Assembly (NCBI GenBank): GCA_964658305.1
Contig: OZ210885.1
Location: 14,818,001 to 14,882,000 of the forward strand
DNA length: 64,000 nt
Source: Leptogorgia sarmentosa
Lineage: Eukaryota
Direction of reading: 5' to 3'
Shown: positions 27,101 to 42,820 of the stretch, in pieces
Position numbering within the stretch: position 1 is the first letter of the stretch
How the letters are laid out: every line of letters begins with the position of its first letter
Translations under genes and position numbers: made by a program
The notes under the pieces: generated by a model
What the model saw: the letters and a program-made list of their open reading frames with translations, nothing else
Database searches by the model: none
Told to the model about the DNA's origin: nothing

Positions 27101-27780
27101 TCCAGATGTAGCAATAACAAAATCCCTGAAGTTTACATTGAAAGCAAACCTATTTACAAACACACATACAATAAAATGAAGCAAGTCTACAACACAAAGT
27201 ATTCCCAGGCGGTCACCCATCCAACTACTAACTGTGCCCACCTAGGGTTAACTTCGGTGATCAGACGAGAACCGGTACTTTCCTACTGGTATCGTCGTAG
27301 ACATTTGTTGATGGAAGTAACACTTTTTAAACATGTAACAATAACAAAACCCTGAAGTTGAAATTGAAAGCAAACCTATTTACAAACACACATACAATAA
27401 AATGAAGCAAGTCTACAACACAAAGTATTCCCAGGTGGTCACCCATCCAACTACTAACTTTGCCCACCTAGGCTTAACTTCGGTGATCAGACGAGAACCG
27501 GTATTTTCCTACTCGTATGGTCGTAAACATTTGTTGATGGAAGTTACACTTTTTAAACGTGTAACAATAACAAAACCCCGAAGTTGAAATTGAAAGCAAA
27601 CCTATTTACAAACACACATACAATAAAATGAAGCAAGTCTACAACACAAAGTATTCCCAGGTGGTCACCCATCCAACTACTAACTTTGCCCACCTAGGCT
27701 TAACTTCGGTGATCAGACGAGAACCGGTATTTTCCTACTCGTACGGTCGTAGACATTTGTTGATGGAAGTTACACTTTTT
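24200..27780. repeat. 1788-bp (7-gene) tandem duplication, approximate ends
   Basis: Rare markers tagaacac (25071, 26859) and acaatgta (25303, 27091) are offset by exactly 1788. Confidence 0.85.
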
Positions 27781-28518
27781 AAACGTGTAACAATAACAAA
27801 ACCCAGAAGTTGAAATTGAAAGGAATTATATTTACAAATAGGCATTAAATAACATTTAGTAAAACAACAATACAAAGTATATCCAGATGTAGCAATAACA
27901 AAATCCCTGAAGTTTACATTGAAAGCAAACCTATTTACAAACACACATACAATAAAATGAAGCAAGTCTACAACACAAAGTATTCCCAGGTGGTCACCCA
28001 ACCAAGTACTAACGTTGCCCACCTAGGCTTAACTTCGGTGATCAGACGAGAACCGGTATTTTCCAACTGGTATGGTTGTAGACATTTGTTGATGGAAGTT
28101 ACACTTTTTAAACGTGTAACAATAACAAAACCCTGAAGTTGAAATTGAAAGCAAACCTATTTACAAACACACATACAATAAAATGAAGCAAGTCTACAAC
28201 ACAAAGTATTCCCAGGTGGTCACCCATCCAACTACTAACTTTGCCCACCTAGGCTTAACTTCGGTGATCAGACGAGAACCGGTATTTTCCTACTCGTACG
28301 GTCGTAGACATTTGTTGATGGAAGTTACACTTTTTAAACGTGTAACAATAACAAAACCCTGAAGTTGAAATTGAAAGGAATTATATTTACAAATAGGCAT
28401 TAAATAACATTTAGTAAAACAACAATACAAAGTATATCCAGATGTAGCAATAACAAAATCCCTGAAGTTTACATTGAAAGCAAACGTATTTACAAACACA
28501 CATACAATAAAATGAAGC

Positions 28519-31500
28519 AAGTCTACAACACAAAGTATTCCCAGGTAGTCACCCATCCAAGTACTAACTTTGCCCACCTAGGCTTAACTTCGGTGATCAG
28601 ACGAGAACCGGTATTTTCCTAGTGGTATGGTCGTAGCCATTTGTTGATGGAAGTTACACTTTTTAAACATGTAACAATAACAAAACCCTGAAGTTGAAAT
28701 TGAAAGCAAACCTATTTACAAACACACATACAATAAAATGAAGCAAGTCTACAACACAAAGTATTCCCAGGTGGTCACCCATCCAAGTACTAACTTTGCC
28801 CACCTAGGCTTAACTTCGGTGATCAGACGAGAACCGGTATTTTCCTACTGGTATGGTCGTAGACATTTGTTGATGCAAGTTACACTTTTTAAATTTGTAA
28901 CAATAACAAAACCCTGAAGTTGAAATTGAAAGCAAACCTATTTACAAACACACATACAATAAAATGAAGCAAGTCTACAACACAAAGTATTCCCAGGTAG
29001 TCACCCATCCAAGTACTAACTTTGCCCACCTAGGCTTAACTTCGGTGATCAGACGAGAACCGGAATTTTCCTACTCGTACGGTCGTAGACATTTGTTGAT
29101 GGAAGTTACACTTTTTAAACGTGTAACAATAACAAAACCCTGAAGTTGAAATTGAAAGGAATTATATTTACAAATAGGCATTAAATAACATTTAGTAAAA
29201 CAACAATACAAAGTATTTCCAGATGTAGCAATAACAAAATCCCTGAAGTTTACATTGAAAGCAAACCTATTTACAAACACACATACAATAAAATGAAGCA
29301 AGTCTACAACACAAAGTATTCCCAGGTGGTCACCCATCCAAGTACTAACGTTGCCCACCTAGACTTAACTTTGGTGATCAGACGAGAACCGGTATTTTCC
29401 TACTCGTACGGTCGTAGACATTTGTTGATGGAAGTTACACTTTTTAAACGTGTAACAATAACAAAACCCTGAAGTTGAAATTGAAAGCAAACCTATTTAC
29501 AAACACACATACAATAAAATGAAGCAAGTCTACAACATAAAGTATTCCCAGGTAGTCACCCATCCAAGTACTAACTTTGCCCACCTAGGCTTAACTTCGG
29601 TGATCAGACGAGAACCGGTATTTTCCTACTGGTATGGTCGTAGACATTTGTTGATGGAAGTTACACTTTTTAAACGTGTAACAATAACAAAACCCTGAAG
29701 TTGAAATTGAAAGCAAACCTATTTACAAACACACATACAATAAAATGAAGCAAGTCTACAACACAAAGTATTCTCAGGTGGTCACCCATCCAACTACTAA
29801 CTTTGCCCACCTAGGCTTAACTTCGGTGATCAGACGAGAACCGGTATTTTCCTACTCGTATGGTCGTAAACATTTGTTGATGGAAGTTACACTTTTTAAA
29901 CGTGTAACAATAACAAAACCCCGAAGTTGAAATTGAAAGCAAACCTATTTACAAACACACATACAATAAAATGAAGCAAGTCTACAACACAAAGTATTCC
30001 CAGGTGGTCACCCATCCAACTACTAACTTTGCCCACCTAGGCTTAACTTCGGTGATCAGACGAGAACCGGTATTTTGCTACTCGTACGGTCGTAGACATT
30101 TGTTGATGGAAGTTACACTTTTTAAACGTGTAACAATAACAAAACCCTGAAGTTGAAATTGAAAGGAATTATATTTACAAATAGGCATTAAATAACATTT
30201 AGTAAAACAACAATACAAAGTATTTCCAGATGTAGCAATAACAAAATCCCTGAAGTTTACATTGAAAGCAAACCTATTTACAAACACACATACAATAAAA
30301 TGAAGCAAGTCTACAACACAAAGTATTCCCAGGTGGTCACCCAACCAAGTACTAACGTTGCCCACCCAGGCTTAACTTCGGTGATCAGACGAGAACCGGT
30401 ATTTTCCTACTTGTATGGTTGTAGACATTTGTTGATGGAAGTTACACTTTTTAAACGTGTAACAATAACAAAACCCTGAAGTTGAAATTGAAAGCAAACC
30501 TATTTACAAACACACATACAATAAAATGAAGCAAGTCTACAACACAAAGTATTCCCAGGTGGTCACCCATCCAACTACTAACTGTGCCCACCTAGGGTTA
30601 ACTTCGGTGATCAGACGAGAACCGGTATTTTCCTACTTGTACGGTCATAGACATTTGTTGATGGAAGTTACACTTTTTAAACATGTAACAATAACAAAAC
30701 CCTGAAGTTGAAATTGAAAGCAAACCTATTTACAAACACACATACAATAAAATGAAGCAAGTCTACAACACAAAGTATTCCCAGGTGGTCACCCATCCAA
30801 GTACTAACTTTGCCCACCTAGGCTTAACTTCGGTGATCAGACGAGAACCGGTATTTTCCTACTGGTATGGTCGTAGACATTTGTTGATGCAAGTTACACT
30901 TTTCAAATTTGTAACAATAACAAAACCCTGAAGTTGAAATTGAAAGCAAACCTATTTACAAACACACATACAATAAAATGAAGCAAGTCTACAACACAAA
31001 GTATTCCCAGGTAGTCACCCATCCAAGTACTAACTTTGCCCACCTAGGCTTAACTTCGGTGATCAGACGAGAACCGTTATTTTCCTACTGGTATGGTCGT
31101 AGACATTTGTTCATGGAAGTTACACTTTTTAAACGTGTAACAATAACAAAACCCTGAAGTTGAAATTGAAAGCAAACCTATTTACAAACACACATACAAT
31201 AAAATGAAGCAAGTCTACAACACAAAGTATTCCCAGGTGGTCACCCATCCAAGTACTAACGTTGCCCACCTAGGCTTAACTTCGGTGATCAGACGAGAAC
31301 CGGTATTTTCCTACTCGTACGGTCGTAGACATTTGTTGATGGAAGTTACACTTTTTAAACGTGTAACAATAACAAAACCCTGAAGTTGAAATTGAAAGGA
31401 ATTATATTTACAAATAGGCATTAAATAACATTTAGTAAAACAACAATACAAAGTATTTCCAGATGTAGCAATAACAAAATCCCTGAAGTTTACATTGAAA

Positions 31501-34500
31501 GCAAACCTATTTACAAACACACATACAATAAAATGAAGCAAGTCTACAACACAAAGTATTCCCAGGTGGTCACCCATCCAAGTACTAACGTTGCCCACCT
31601 AGGCTTAACTTTGGTGATCAGACGAGAACCGGTATTTTCCTACTCGTACGGTCGTAGACATTTGTTGATGGAAGTTATACTTTTTAAACGTGTAACAATA
31701 ACAAAACCCTGAAGTTGAAATTGAAAGCAAACCTATTTACAAACACACATACAATAAAATGAAGCAAGTCTACAACACAAAGTATTCCCAGGTAGTCACC
31801 CATCCAAGTACTAACTTTGCCCACCTAGGCTTAACTTCGGTGATCAGACGAGAACCGGTATTTTCCTACTGGTATGGTCGTAGACATTTGTTGATGGAAG
31901 TTACACTTTTTAAACGTGTAACAATAACAAAACCCTGAAGTTGAAATTGAAAGCAAACCTATTTACAAACACACATACAATAAAATGAAGCAAGTCTACA
32001 ACACAAAGTATTCTCAGGTGGTCACCCATCCAACTACTAACTTGCCCACCTAGGCTTAACTTCGGTGATCAGACGAGAACCGGTATTTTCCTACTCGTAT
32101 GGTCGTAAACATTTGTTGATGGAAGTTACACTTTTTAAACGTGTAACAATAACAAAACCCCGAAGTTGAAATTGAAAGCAAACCTATTTACAAACACACA
32201 TACAATAAAATGAAGCAAGTCTAGAACACAAAGTATTCCCAGGTGGTCACCCATCCAACTACTAACTTTGCCCACCTAGGCTTAACTTCGGTGATCAGAC
32301 GAGAACCGGTATTTTCCTACTCGTACGGTCGTAGACATTTGTGGATGGAAGTTACACTTTTTAAACGTGTAACAATAACAAAACCCTGAAGTTGAAATTG
32401 AAAGGAATGATATTTACAAATAGGCATTAAATAACATTTAGCAAAACAACAATACAATGTATTTCCAGATGTAGCAATAACAAAATCCCTGAAGTTTACA
32501 TTGAAAGCAAACCTATTTACAAACACACATACAATAAAATGAAGCAAGTCTACAACACAAAGTATTCCCAGGCGGTCACCCATCCAACTACTAACTGTGC
32601 CCACCTAGGGTTAACTTCGGTGATCAGACGAGAACCGGTACTTTCCTACTGGTATCGTCGTAGACATTTGTTGATGGAAGTAACACTTTTTAAACATGTA
32701 ACAATAACAAAACCCTGAAGTTGAAATTGAAAGCAAACCTATTTACAAACACACATACAATAAAATGAAGCAAGTCTACAACACAAAGTATTCCCAGGTG
32801 GTCACCCATCCAACTACTAACTTTGCCCACCTAGGCTTAACTTCGGTGATCAGACGAGAACCGGTATTTTCCTACTCGTATGGTCGTAAACATTTGTTGA
32901 TGGAAGTTACACTTTTTAAACGTGTAACAATAACAAAACCCCGAAGTTGAAATTGAAAGCAAACCTATTTACAAACACACATACAATAAAATGAAGCAAG
33001 TCTACAACACAAAGTATTCCCAGGTGGTCACCCATCCAACTACTAACTTTGCCCACCTAGGCTTAACTTCGGTGATCAGACGAGAACCGGTATTTTCCTA
33101 CTCGTACGGTCGTAGACATTTGTTGATGGAAGTTACACTTTTTAAACGTGTAACAATAACAAAACCCTGAAGTTGAAATTGAAAGGAATTATATTTACAA
33201 ATAGGCATTAAATAACATTTAGTAAAACAACAATACAAAGTATATCCAGATGTAGCAATAACAAAATCCCTGAAGTTTACATTGAAAGCAAACCTATTTA
33301 CAAACACACATACAATAAAATGAAGCAAGTCTACAACACAAAGTATTCCCAGGTGGTCACCCAACCAAGTACTAACGTTGCCCACCTAGGCTTAACTTCG
33401 GTGATCAGACGAGAACCGGTATTTTCCAACTGGTATGGTTGTAGACATTTGTTGATGGAAGTTACACTTTTTAAACGTGTAACAATAACAAAACCCTGAA
33501 GTTGAAATTGAAAGCAAACCTATTTACAAACACACATACAATAAAATGAAGCAAGTCTCCAACACAAAGTATTCCCAGGTGGTCACCCATCCAACTACTA
33601 ACTGTGCCCACCTAGGGTTAACTTCGGTGATCAGACGAGAACCGGTATTTTCCTACTTGTACGGTCATAGACATTTGTTGATGGAAGTTACACTTTTTAA
33701 ACATGTAACAATAACAAAACCCTGAAGTTGAAATTGAAAGGAATGATATTTACAAATAGGCATTAAATAACATTTAGCAAAACAACAATACAAAGTATTT
33801 CCAGATGTAGCAATAACAAAATCCCTGAAGTTTACATTGAAAGCAAACCTATTTACAAACACACATACAATAAAATGAAGCAAGTCTACAACACAAAGTA
33901 TTCCCAGGTGGTCACCCATCCAAGTACTAACTTTGCCCACCTAGGCTTAACTTCAGTGATCAGACGAGAACCGGTACTTTCCTACTGGTATCGTCGTAGA
34001 CATTTGTTGATGGAAGTAACACTTTTTAAACATGTAACAATAACAAAACCCTGAAGTTGAAATTGAAAGCAAACCTATTTACAAACACACATACAATAAA
34101 ATGAAGCAAGTCTACAACACAAAGTATTCCCAGGTGGTCACCCATCCAACTACTAACTTTGCCCACCTAGGCTTAACTTCGGTGATCAGACGAGAACCGG
34201 TATTTTCCTACTCGTATGGTCGTAAACATTTGTTGATGGAAGTTACACTTTTTAAACGTGTAACAATAACAAAACCCCGAAGTTGAAATTGAAAGCAAAC
34301 CTATTTACAAACACACATACAATAAAATGAAGCAAGTCTACAACACAAAGTATTCCCAGGTGGTCACCCATCCAACTACTAACTTTGCCCACCTAGGCTT
34401 AACTTCGGTGATCAGACGAGAACCGGTATTTTCCTACTCGTACGGTCGTAGACATTTGTTGATGGAAGTTACACTTTTTAAACGTGTAACAATAACAAAA

Positions 34501-37500
34501 CCCTGAAGTTGAAATTGAAAGGAATTATATTTACAAATAGGCATTAAATAACATTTAGTAAAACAACAATACAAAGTATATCCAGATGTAGCAATAACAA
34601 AATCCCTGAAGTTTACATTGAAAGCAAACGTATTTACAAACACACATACAATAAAATGAAGCAAGTCTACAACACAAAGTATTCCCAGGTGGTCACCCAT
34701 CCAAGTACTAACGTTGCCCACCTAGGCTTAACTTCGGTGATCAGACGGGAACCGGTATTTTCCTACTGGTATGGTTGTAGACATTTGTTGATGAAAGTTA
34801 CACTTTTTAAACGTGTAACAATAACAAAACCCTGAAGTTGAAATTGAAAGCAAACCTATTTACAAACACACATACAATAAAATGAAGCAAGTCTACAACA
34901 CAAAGTATTCCCAGGTAGTCACCCATCCAAGTACTAACTTTGCCCACCTAGGCTTAACTTCGGTGATCAGACGAGAACCGGTATTTTCCTAGTGGTATGG
35001 TCGTAGCCATTTGTTGATGGAAGTTACACTTTTTAAACATGTAACAATAACAAAACCCTGAAGTTGAAATTGAAAGCAAACCTATTTACAAACACACATA
35101 CAATAAAATGAAGCAAGTCTACAACACAAAGTATTCCCAGGTGGTCACCCATCCAAGTACTAACTTTGCCCACCTAGGCTTAACTTCGGTGATCAGACGA
35201 GAACCGGTATTTTCCTACTGGTATGGTCGTAGACATTTGTTGATGCAAGTTACACTTTTTAAATTTGTAACAATAACAAAACCCTGAAGTTGAAATTGAA
35301 AGCAAACCTATTTACAAACACACATACAATAAAATGAAGCAAGTCTACAACACAAAGTATTCCCAGGTAGTCACCCATCCAAGTACTAACTTTGCCCACC
35401 TAGGCTTAACTTCGGTGATCAGACGAGAACCGGAATTTTCCTACTCGTACGGTCGTAGACATTTGTTGATGGAAGTTACACTTTTTAAACGTGTAACAAT
35501 AACAAAACCCTGAAGTTGAAATTGAAAGGAATTATATTTACAAATAGGCATTAAATAACATTTAGTAAAACAACAATACAAAGTATTTCCAGATGTAGCA
35601 ATAACAAAATCCCTGAAGTTTACATTGAAAGCAAACCTATTTACAAACACACATACAATAAAATGAAGCAAGTCTACAACACAAAGTATTCCCAGGTAGT
35701 CACCCATCCAAGTACTAACTTTGCCCACCTAGGCTTAACTTCGGTGATCAGACGAGAACCGGTATTTTCCTAGTGGTATGGTCGTAGCCATTTGTTGATG
35801 GAAGTTACACTTTTTAAACATGTAACAATAACAAAACCCTGAAGTTGAAATTGAAAGCAAACCTATTTACAAACACACATACAATAAAATGAAGCAAGTC
35901 TACAACACAAAGTATTCCCAGGTGGTCACCCATCCAAGTACTAACTTTGCCCACCTAGGCTTAACTTCGGTGATCAGACGAGAACCGGTATTTTCCTACT
36001 GGTATGGTCGTAGACATTTGTTGATGCAAGTTACACTTTTTAAATTTGTAACAATAACAAAACCCTGAAGTTGAAATTGAAAGCAAACCTATTTACAAAC
36101 ACACATACAATAAAATGAAGCAAGTCTACAACACAAAGTATTCCCAGGTAGTCACCCATCCAAGTACTAACTTTGCCCACCTAGGCTTAACTTCGGTGAT
36201 CAGACGAGAACCGGAATTTTCCTACTCGTACGGTCGTAGACATTTGTTGATGGAAGTTACACTTTTTAAACGTGTAACAATAACAAAACCCTGAAGTTGA
36301 AATTGAAAGGAATTATATTTACAAATAGGCATTAAATAACATTTAGTAAAACAACAATACAAAGTATTTCCAGATGTAGCAATAACAAAATCCCTGAAGT
36401 TTACATTGAAAGCAAACCTATTTACAAACACACATACAATAAAATGAAGCAAGTCTACAACACAAAGTATTCCCAGGTGGTCACCCATCCAAGTACTAAC
36501 GTTGCCCACCTAGACTTAACTTTGGTGATCAGACGAGAACCGGTATTTTCCTACTCGTACGGTCGTAGACATTTGTTGATGGAAGTTACACTTTTTAAAC
36601 GTGTAACAATAACAAAACCCTGAAGTTGAAATTGAAAGCAAACCTATTTACAAACACACATACAATAAAATGAAGCAAGTCTACAACACAAAGTATTCCC
36701 AGGTAGTCACCCATCCAAGTACTAACTTTGCCCACCTAGGCTTAACTTCGGTGATCAGACGAGAACCGGTATTTTCCTACTGGTATGGTCGTAGACATTT
36801 GTTGATGGAAGTTACACTTTTTAAACGTGTAACAATAACAAAACCCTGAAGTTGAAATTGAAAGCAAACCTATTTACAAACACACATACAATAAAATGAA
36901 GCAAGTCTACAACACAAAGTATTCTCAGGTGGTCACCCATCCAACTACTAACTTTGCCCACCTAGGCTTAACTTCGGTGATCAGACGAGAACCGGTATTT
37001 TCCTACTCGTATGGTCGTAAACATTTGTTGATGGAAGTTACACTTTTTAAACGTGTAACAATAACAAAACCCCGAAGTTGAAATTGAAAGCAAACCTATT
37101 TACAAACACACATACAATAAAATGAAGCAAGTCTACAACACAAAGTATTCCCAGGTGGTCACCCATCCAACTACTAACTTTGCCCACCTAGGCTTAACTT
37201 CGGTGATCAGACGAGAACCGGTATTTTGCTACTCGTACGGTCGTAGACATTTGTTGATGGAAGTTACACTTTTTAAACGTGTAACAATAACAAAACCCTG
37301 AAGTTGAAATTGAAAGGAATTATATTTACAAATAGGCATTAAATAACATTTAGTAAAACAACAATACAAAGTATTTCCAGATGTAGCAATAACAAAATCC
37401 CTGAAGTTTACATTGAAAGCAAACCTATTTACAAACACACATACAATAAAATGAAGCAAGTCTACAACACAAAGTATTCCCAGGTGGTCACCCAACCAAG

Positions 37501-40500
37501 TACTAACGTTGCCCACCCAGGCTTAACTTCGGTGATCAGACGAGAACCGGTATTTTCCTACTTGTATGGTTGTAGACATTTGTTGATGGAAGTTACACTT
37601 TTTAAACGTGTAACAATAACAAAACCCTGAAGTTGAAATTGAAAGCAAACCTATTTACAAACACACATACAATAAAATGAAGCAAGTCTACAACACAAAG
37701 TATTCCCAGGTGGTCACCCATCCAACTACTAACTGTGCCCACCTAGGGTTAACTTCGGTGATCAGACGAGAACCGGTATTTTCCTACTTGTACGGTCATA
37801 GACATTTGTTGATGGAAGTTACACTTTTTAAACATGTAACAATAACAAAACCCTGAAGTTGAAATTGAAAGCAAACCTATTTACAAACACACATACAATA
37901 AAATGAAGCAAGTCTACAACACAAAGTATTCCCAGGTGGTCACCCATCCAAGTACTAACTTTGCCCACTTAGGCTTAACTTCGGTGATCAGACGAGAACC
38001 GGTATTTTCCTACTGGTATGGTCGTAGACATTTGTTGATGCAAGTTACACTTTTCAAATTTGTAACAATAACAAAACCCTGAAGTTGAAATTGAAAGCAA
38101 ACCTATTTACAAACACACATGCAATAAAATGAAGCAAGTCTACAACACAAAGTATTCCCAGGTAGTCACCCATCCAAGTACTAACTTTGCCCACCTAGGC
38201 TTAACTTCGGTGATCAGACGAGAACCGTTATTTTCCTACTGGTATGGTCGTAGACATTTGTTCATGGAAGTTACACTTTTTAAACGTGTAACAATAACAA
38301 AACCCTGAAGTTGAAATTGAAAGCAAACCTATTTACAAACACACATACAATAAAATGAAGCAAGTCTACAACACAAAGTATTCCCAGGTGGTCACCCATC
38401 CAAGTACTAACGTTGCCCACCTAGGCTTAACTTCGGTGATCAGACGAGAACCGGTATTTTCCTACTCGTACGGTCGTAGACATTTGTTGATGGAAGTTAC
38501 ACTTTTTAAACGTGTAACAATAACAAAACCCTGAAGTTGAAATTGAAAGGAATTATATTTACAAATAGGCATTAAATAACATTTAGTAAAACAACAATAC
38601 AAAGTATTTCCAGATGTAGCAATAACAAAATCCCTGAAGTTTACATTGAAAGCAAACCTATTTACAAACACACATACAATAAAATGAAGCAAGTCTACAA
38701 CACAAAGTATTCCCAGGTGGTCACCCATCCAAGTACTAACGTTGCCCACCTAGGCTTAACTTTGGTGATCAGACGAGAACCGGTATTTTCCTACTCGTAC
38801 GGTCGTAGACATTTGTTGATGGAAGTTATACTTTTTAAACGTGTAACAATAACAAAACCCTGAAGTTGAAATTGAAAGCAAACCTATTTACAAACACACA
38901 TACAATAAAATGAAGCAAGTCTACAACACAAAGTATTCCCAGGTAGTCACCCATCCAAGTACTAACTTTGCCCACCTAGGCTTAACTTCGGTGATCAGAC
39001 GAGAACCGGTATTTTCCTACTGGTATGGTCGTAGACATTTGTTGATGGAAGTTACACTTTTTAAACGTGTAACAATAACAAAACCCTGAAGTTGAAATTG
39101 AAAGCAAACCTATTTACAAACACACATACAATAAAATGAAGCAAGTCTACAACACAAAGTATTCTCAGGTGGTCACCCATCCAACTACTAACTTGCCCAC
39201 CTAGGCTTAACTTCGGTGATCAGACGAGAACCGGTATTTTCCTACTCGTATGGTCGTAAACATTTGTTGATGGAAGTTACACTTTTTAAACGTGTAACAA
39301 TAACAAAACCCCGAAGTTGAAATTGAAAGCAAACCTATTTACAAACACACATACAATAAAATGAAGCAAGTCTAGAACACAAAGTATTCCCAGGTGGTCA
39401 CCCATCCAACTACTAACTTTGCCCACCTAGGCTTAACTTCGGTGATCAGACGAGAACCGGTATTTTCCTACTCGTACGGTCGTAGACATTTGTGGATGGA
39501 AGTTACACTTTTTAAACGTGTAACAATAACAAAACCCTGAAGTTGAAATTGAAAGGAATGATATTTACAAATAGGCATTAAATAACATTTAGCAAAACAA
39601 CAATACAATGTATTTCCAGATGTAGCAATAACAAAATCCCTGAAGTTTACATTGAAAGCAAACCTATTTACAAACACACATACAATAAAATGAAGCAAGT
39701 CTACAACACAAAGTATTCCCAGGCGGTCACCCATCCAACTACTAACTGTGCCCACCTAGGGTTAACTTCGGTGATCAGACGAGAACCGGTACTTTCCTAC
39801 TGGTATCGTCGTAGACATTTGTTGATGGAAGTAACACTTTTTAAACATGTAACAATAACAAAACCCTGAAGTTGAAATTGAAAGCAAACCTATTTACAAA
39901 CACACATACAATAAAATGAAGCAAGTCTACAACACAAAGTATTCCCAGGTGGTCACCCATCCAACTACTAACTTTGCCCACCTAGGCTTAACTTCGGTGA
40001 TCAGACGAGAACCGGTATTTTCCTACTCGTATGGTCGTAAACATTTGTTGATGGAAGTTACACTTTTTAAACGTGTAACAATAACAAAACCCCGAAGTTG
40101 AAATTGAAAGCAAACCTATTTACAAACACACATACAATAAAATGAAGCAAGTCTACAACACAAAGTATTCCCAGGTGGTCACCCATCCAACTACTAACTT
40201 TGCCCACCTAGGCTTAACTTCGGTGATCAGACGAGAACCGGTATTTTCCTACTCGTACGGTCGTAGACATTTGTTGATGGAAGTTACACTTTTTAAACGT
40301 GTAACAATAACAAAACCCTGAAGTTGAAATTGAAAGGAATTATATTTACAAATAGGCATTAAATAACATTTAGTAAAACAACAATACAAAGTATATCCAG
40401 ATGTAGCAATAACAAAATCCCTGAAGTTTACATTGAAAGCAAACCTATTTACAAACACACATACAATAAAATGAAGCAAGTCTACAACACAAAGTATTCC

Positions 40501-42820
40501 CAGGTGGTCACCCAACCAAGTACTAACGTTGCCCACCTAGGCTTAACTTCGGTGATCAGACGAGAACCGGTATTTTCCAACTGGTATGGTTGTAGACATT
40601 TGTTGATGGAAGTTACACTTTTTAAACGTGTAACAATAACAAAACCCTGAAGTTGAAATTGAAAGCAAACCTATTTACAAACACACATACAATAAAATGA
40701 AGCAAGTCTCCAACACAAAGTATTCCCAGGTGGTCACCCATCCAACTACTAACTGTGCCCACCTAGGGTTAACTTCGGTGATCAGACGAGAACCGGTATT
40801 TTCCTACTTGTACGGTCATAGACATTTGTTGATGGAAGTTACACTTTTTAAACATGTAACAATAACAAAACCCTGAAGTTGAAATTGAAAGGAATGATAT
40901 TTACAAATAGGCATTAAATAACATTTAGCAAAACAACAATACAAAGTATTTCCAGATGTAGCAATAACAAAATCCCTGAAGTTTACATTGAAAGCAAACC
41001 TATTTACAAACACACATACAATAAAATGAAGCAAGTCTACAACACAAAGTATTCCCAGGTGGTCACCCATCCAAGTACTAACTTTGCCCACCTAGGCTTA
41101 ACTTCAGTGATCAGACGAGAACCGGTACTTTCCTACTGGTATCGTCGTAGACATTTGTTGATGGAAGTAACACTTTTTAAACATGTAACAATAACAAAAC
41201 CCTGAAGTTGAAATTGAAAGCAAACCTATTTACAAACACACATACAATAAAATGAAGCAAGTCTACAACACAAAGTATTCCCAGGTGGTCACCCATCCAA
41301 CTACTAACTTTGCCCACCTAGGCTTAACTTCGGTGATCAGACGAGAACCGGTATTTTCCTACTCGTATGGTCGTAAACATTTGTTGATGGAAGTTACACT
41401 TTTTAAACGTGTAACAATAACAAAACCCCGAAGTTGAAATTGAAAGCAAACCTATTTACAAACACACATACAATAAAATGAAGCAAGTCTACAACACAAA
41501 GTATTCCCAGGTGGTCACCCATCCAACTACTAACTTTGCCCACCTAGGCTTAACTTCGGTGATCAGACGAGAACCGGTATTTTCCTACTCGTACGGTCGT
41601 AGACATTTGTTGATGGAAGTTACACTTTTTAAACGTGTAACAATAACAAAACCCTGAAGTTGAAATTGAAAGGAATTATATTTACAAATAGGCATTAAAT
41701 AACATTTAGTAAAACAACAATACAAAGTATATCCAGATGTAGCAATAACAAAATCCCTGAAGTTTACATTGAAAGCAAACGTATTTACAAACACACATAC
41801 AATAAAATGAAGCAAGTCTACAACACAAAGTATTCCCAGGTGGTCACCCATCCAAGTACTAACGTTGCCCACCTAGGCTTAACTTCGGTGATCAGACGGG
41901 AACCGGTATTTTCCTACTGGTATGGTTGTAGACATTTGTTGATGAAAGTTACACTTTTTAAACGTGTAACAATAACAAAACCCTGAAGTTGAAATTGAAA
42001 GCAAACCTATTTACAAACACACATACAATAAAATGAAGCAAGTCTACAACACAAAGTATTCCCAGGTAGTCACCCATCCAAGTACTAACTTTGCCCACCT
42101 AGGCTTAACTTCGGTGATCAGACGAGAACCGGTATTTTCCTAGTGGTATGGTCGTAGCCATTTGTTGATGGAAGTTACACTTTTTAAACATGTAACAATA
42201 ACAAAACCCTGAAGTTGAAATTGAAAGCAAACCTATTTACAAACACACATACAATAAAATGAAGCAAGTCTACAACACAAAGTATTCCCAGGTGGTCACC
42301 CATCCAAGTACTAACTTTGCCCACCTAGGCTTAACTTCGGTGATCAGACGAGAACCGGTATTTTCCTACTGGTATGGTCGTAGACATTTGTTGATGCAAG
42401 TTACACTTTTTAAATTTGTAACAATAACAAAACCCTGAAGTTGAAATTGAAAGCAAACCTATTTACAAACACACATACAATAAAATGAAGCAAGTCTACA
42501 ACACAAAGTATTCCCAGGTAGTCACCCATCCAAGTACTAACTTTGCCCACCTAGGCTTAACTTCGGTGATCAGACGAGAACCGGAATTTTCCTACTCGTA
42601 CGGTCGTAGACATTTGTTGATGGAAGTTACACTTTTTAAACGTGTAACAATAACAAAACCCTGAAGTTGAAATTGAAAGGAATTATATTTACAAATAGGC
42701 ATTAAATAACATTTAGTAAAACAACAATACAAAGTATTTCCAGATGTAGCAATAACAAAATCCCTGAAGTTTACATTGAAAGCAAACCTATTTACAAACA
42801 CACATACAATAAAATGAAGC
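28519..42820. repeat. Higher-order repeat domain 2: two 28-gene, 7151-bp units, followed by a partial third
   Basis: Long-spacer positions repeat at +7151; shared 1-bp deletion near 32041 and 39192; markers tagacttaac and ttttgcta recur. Confidence 0.9.
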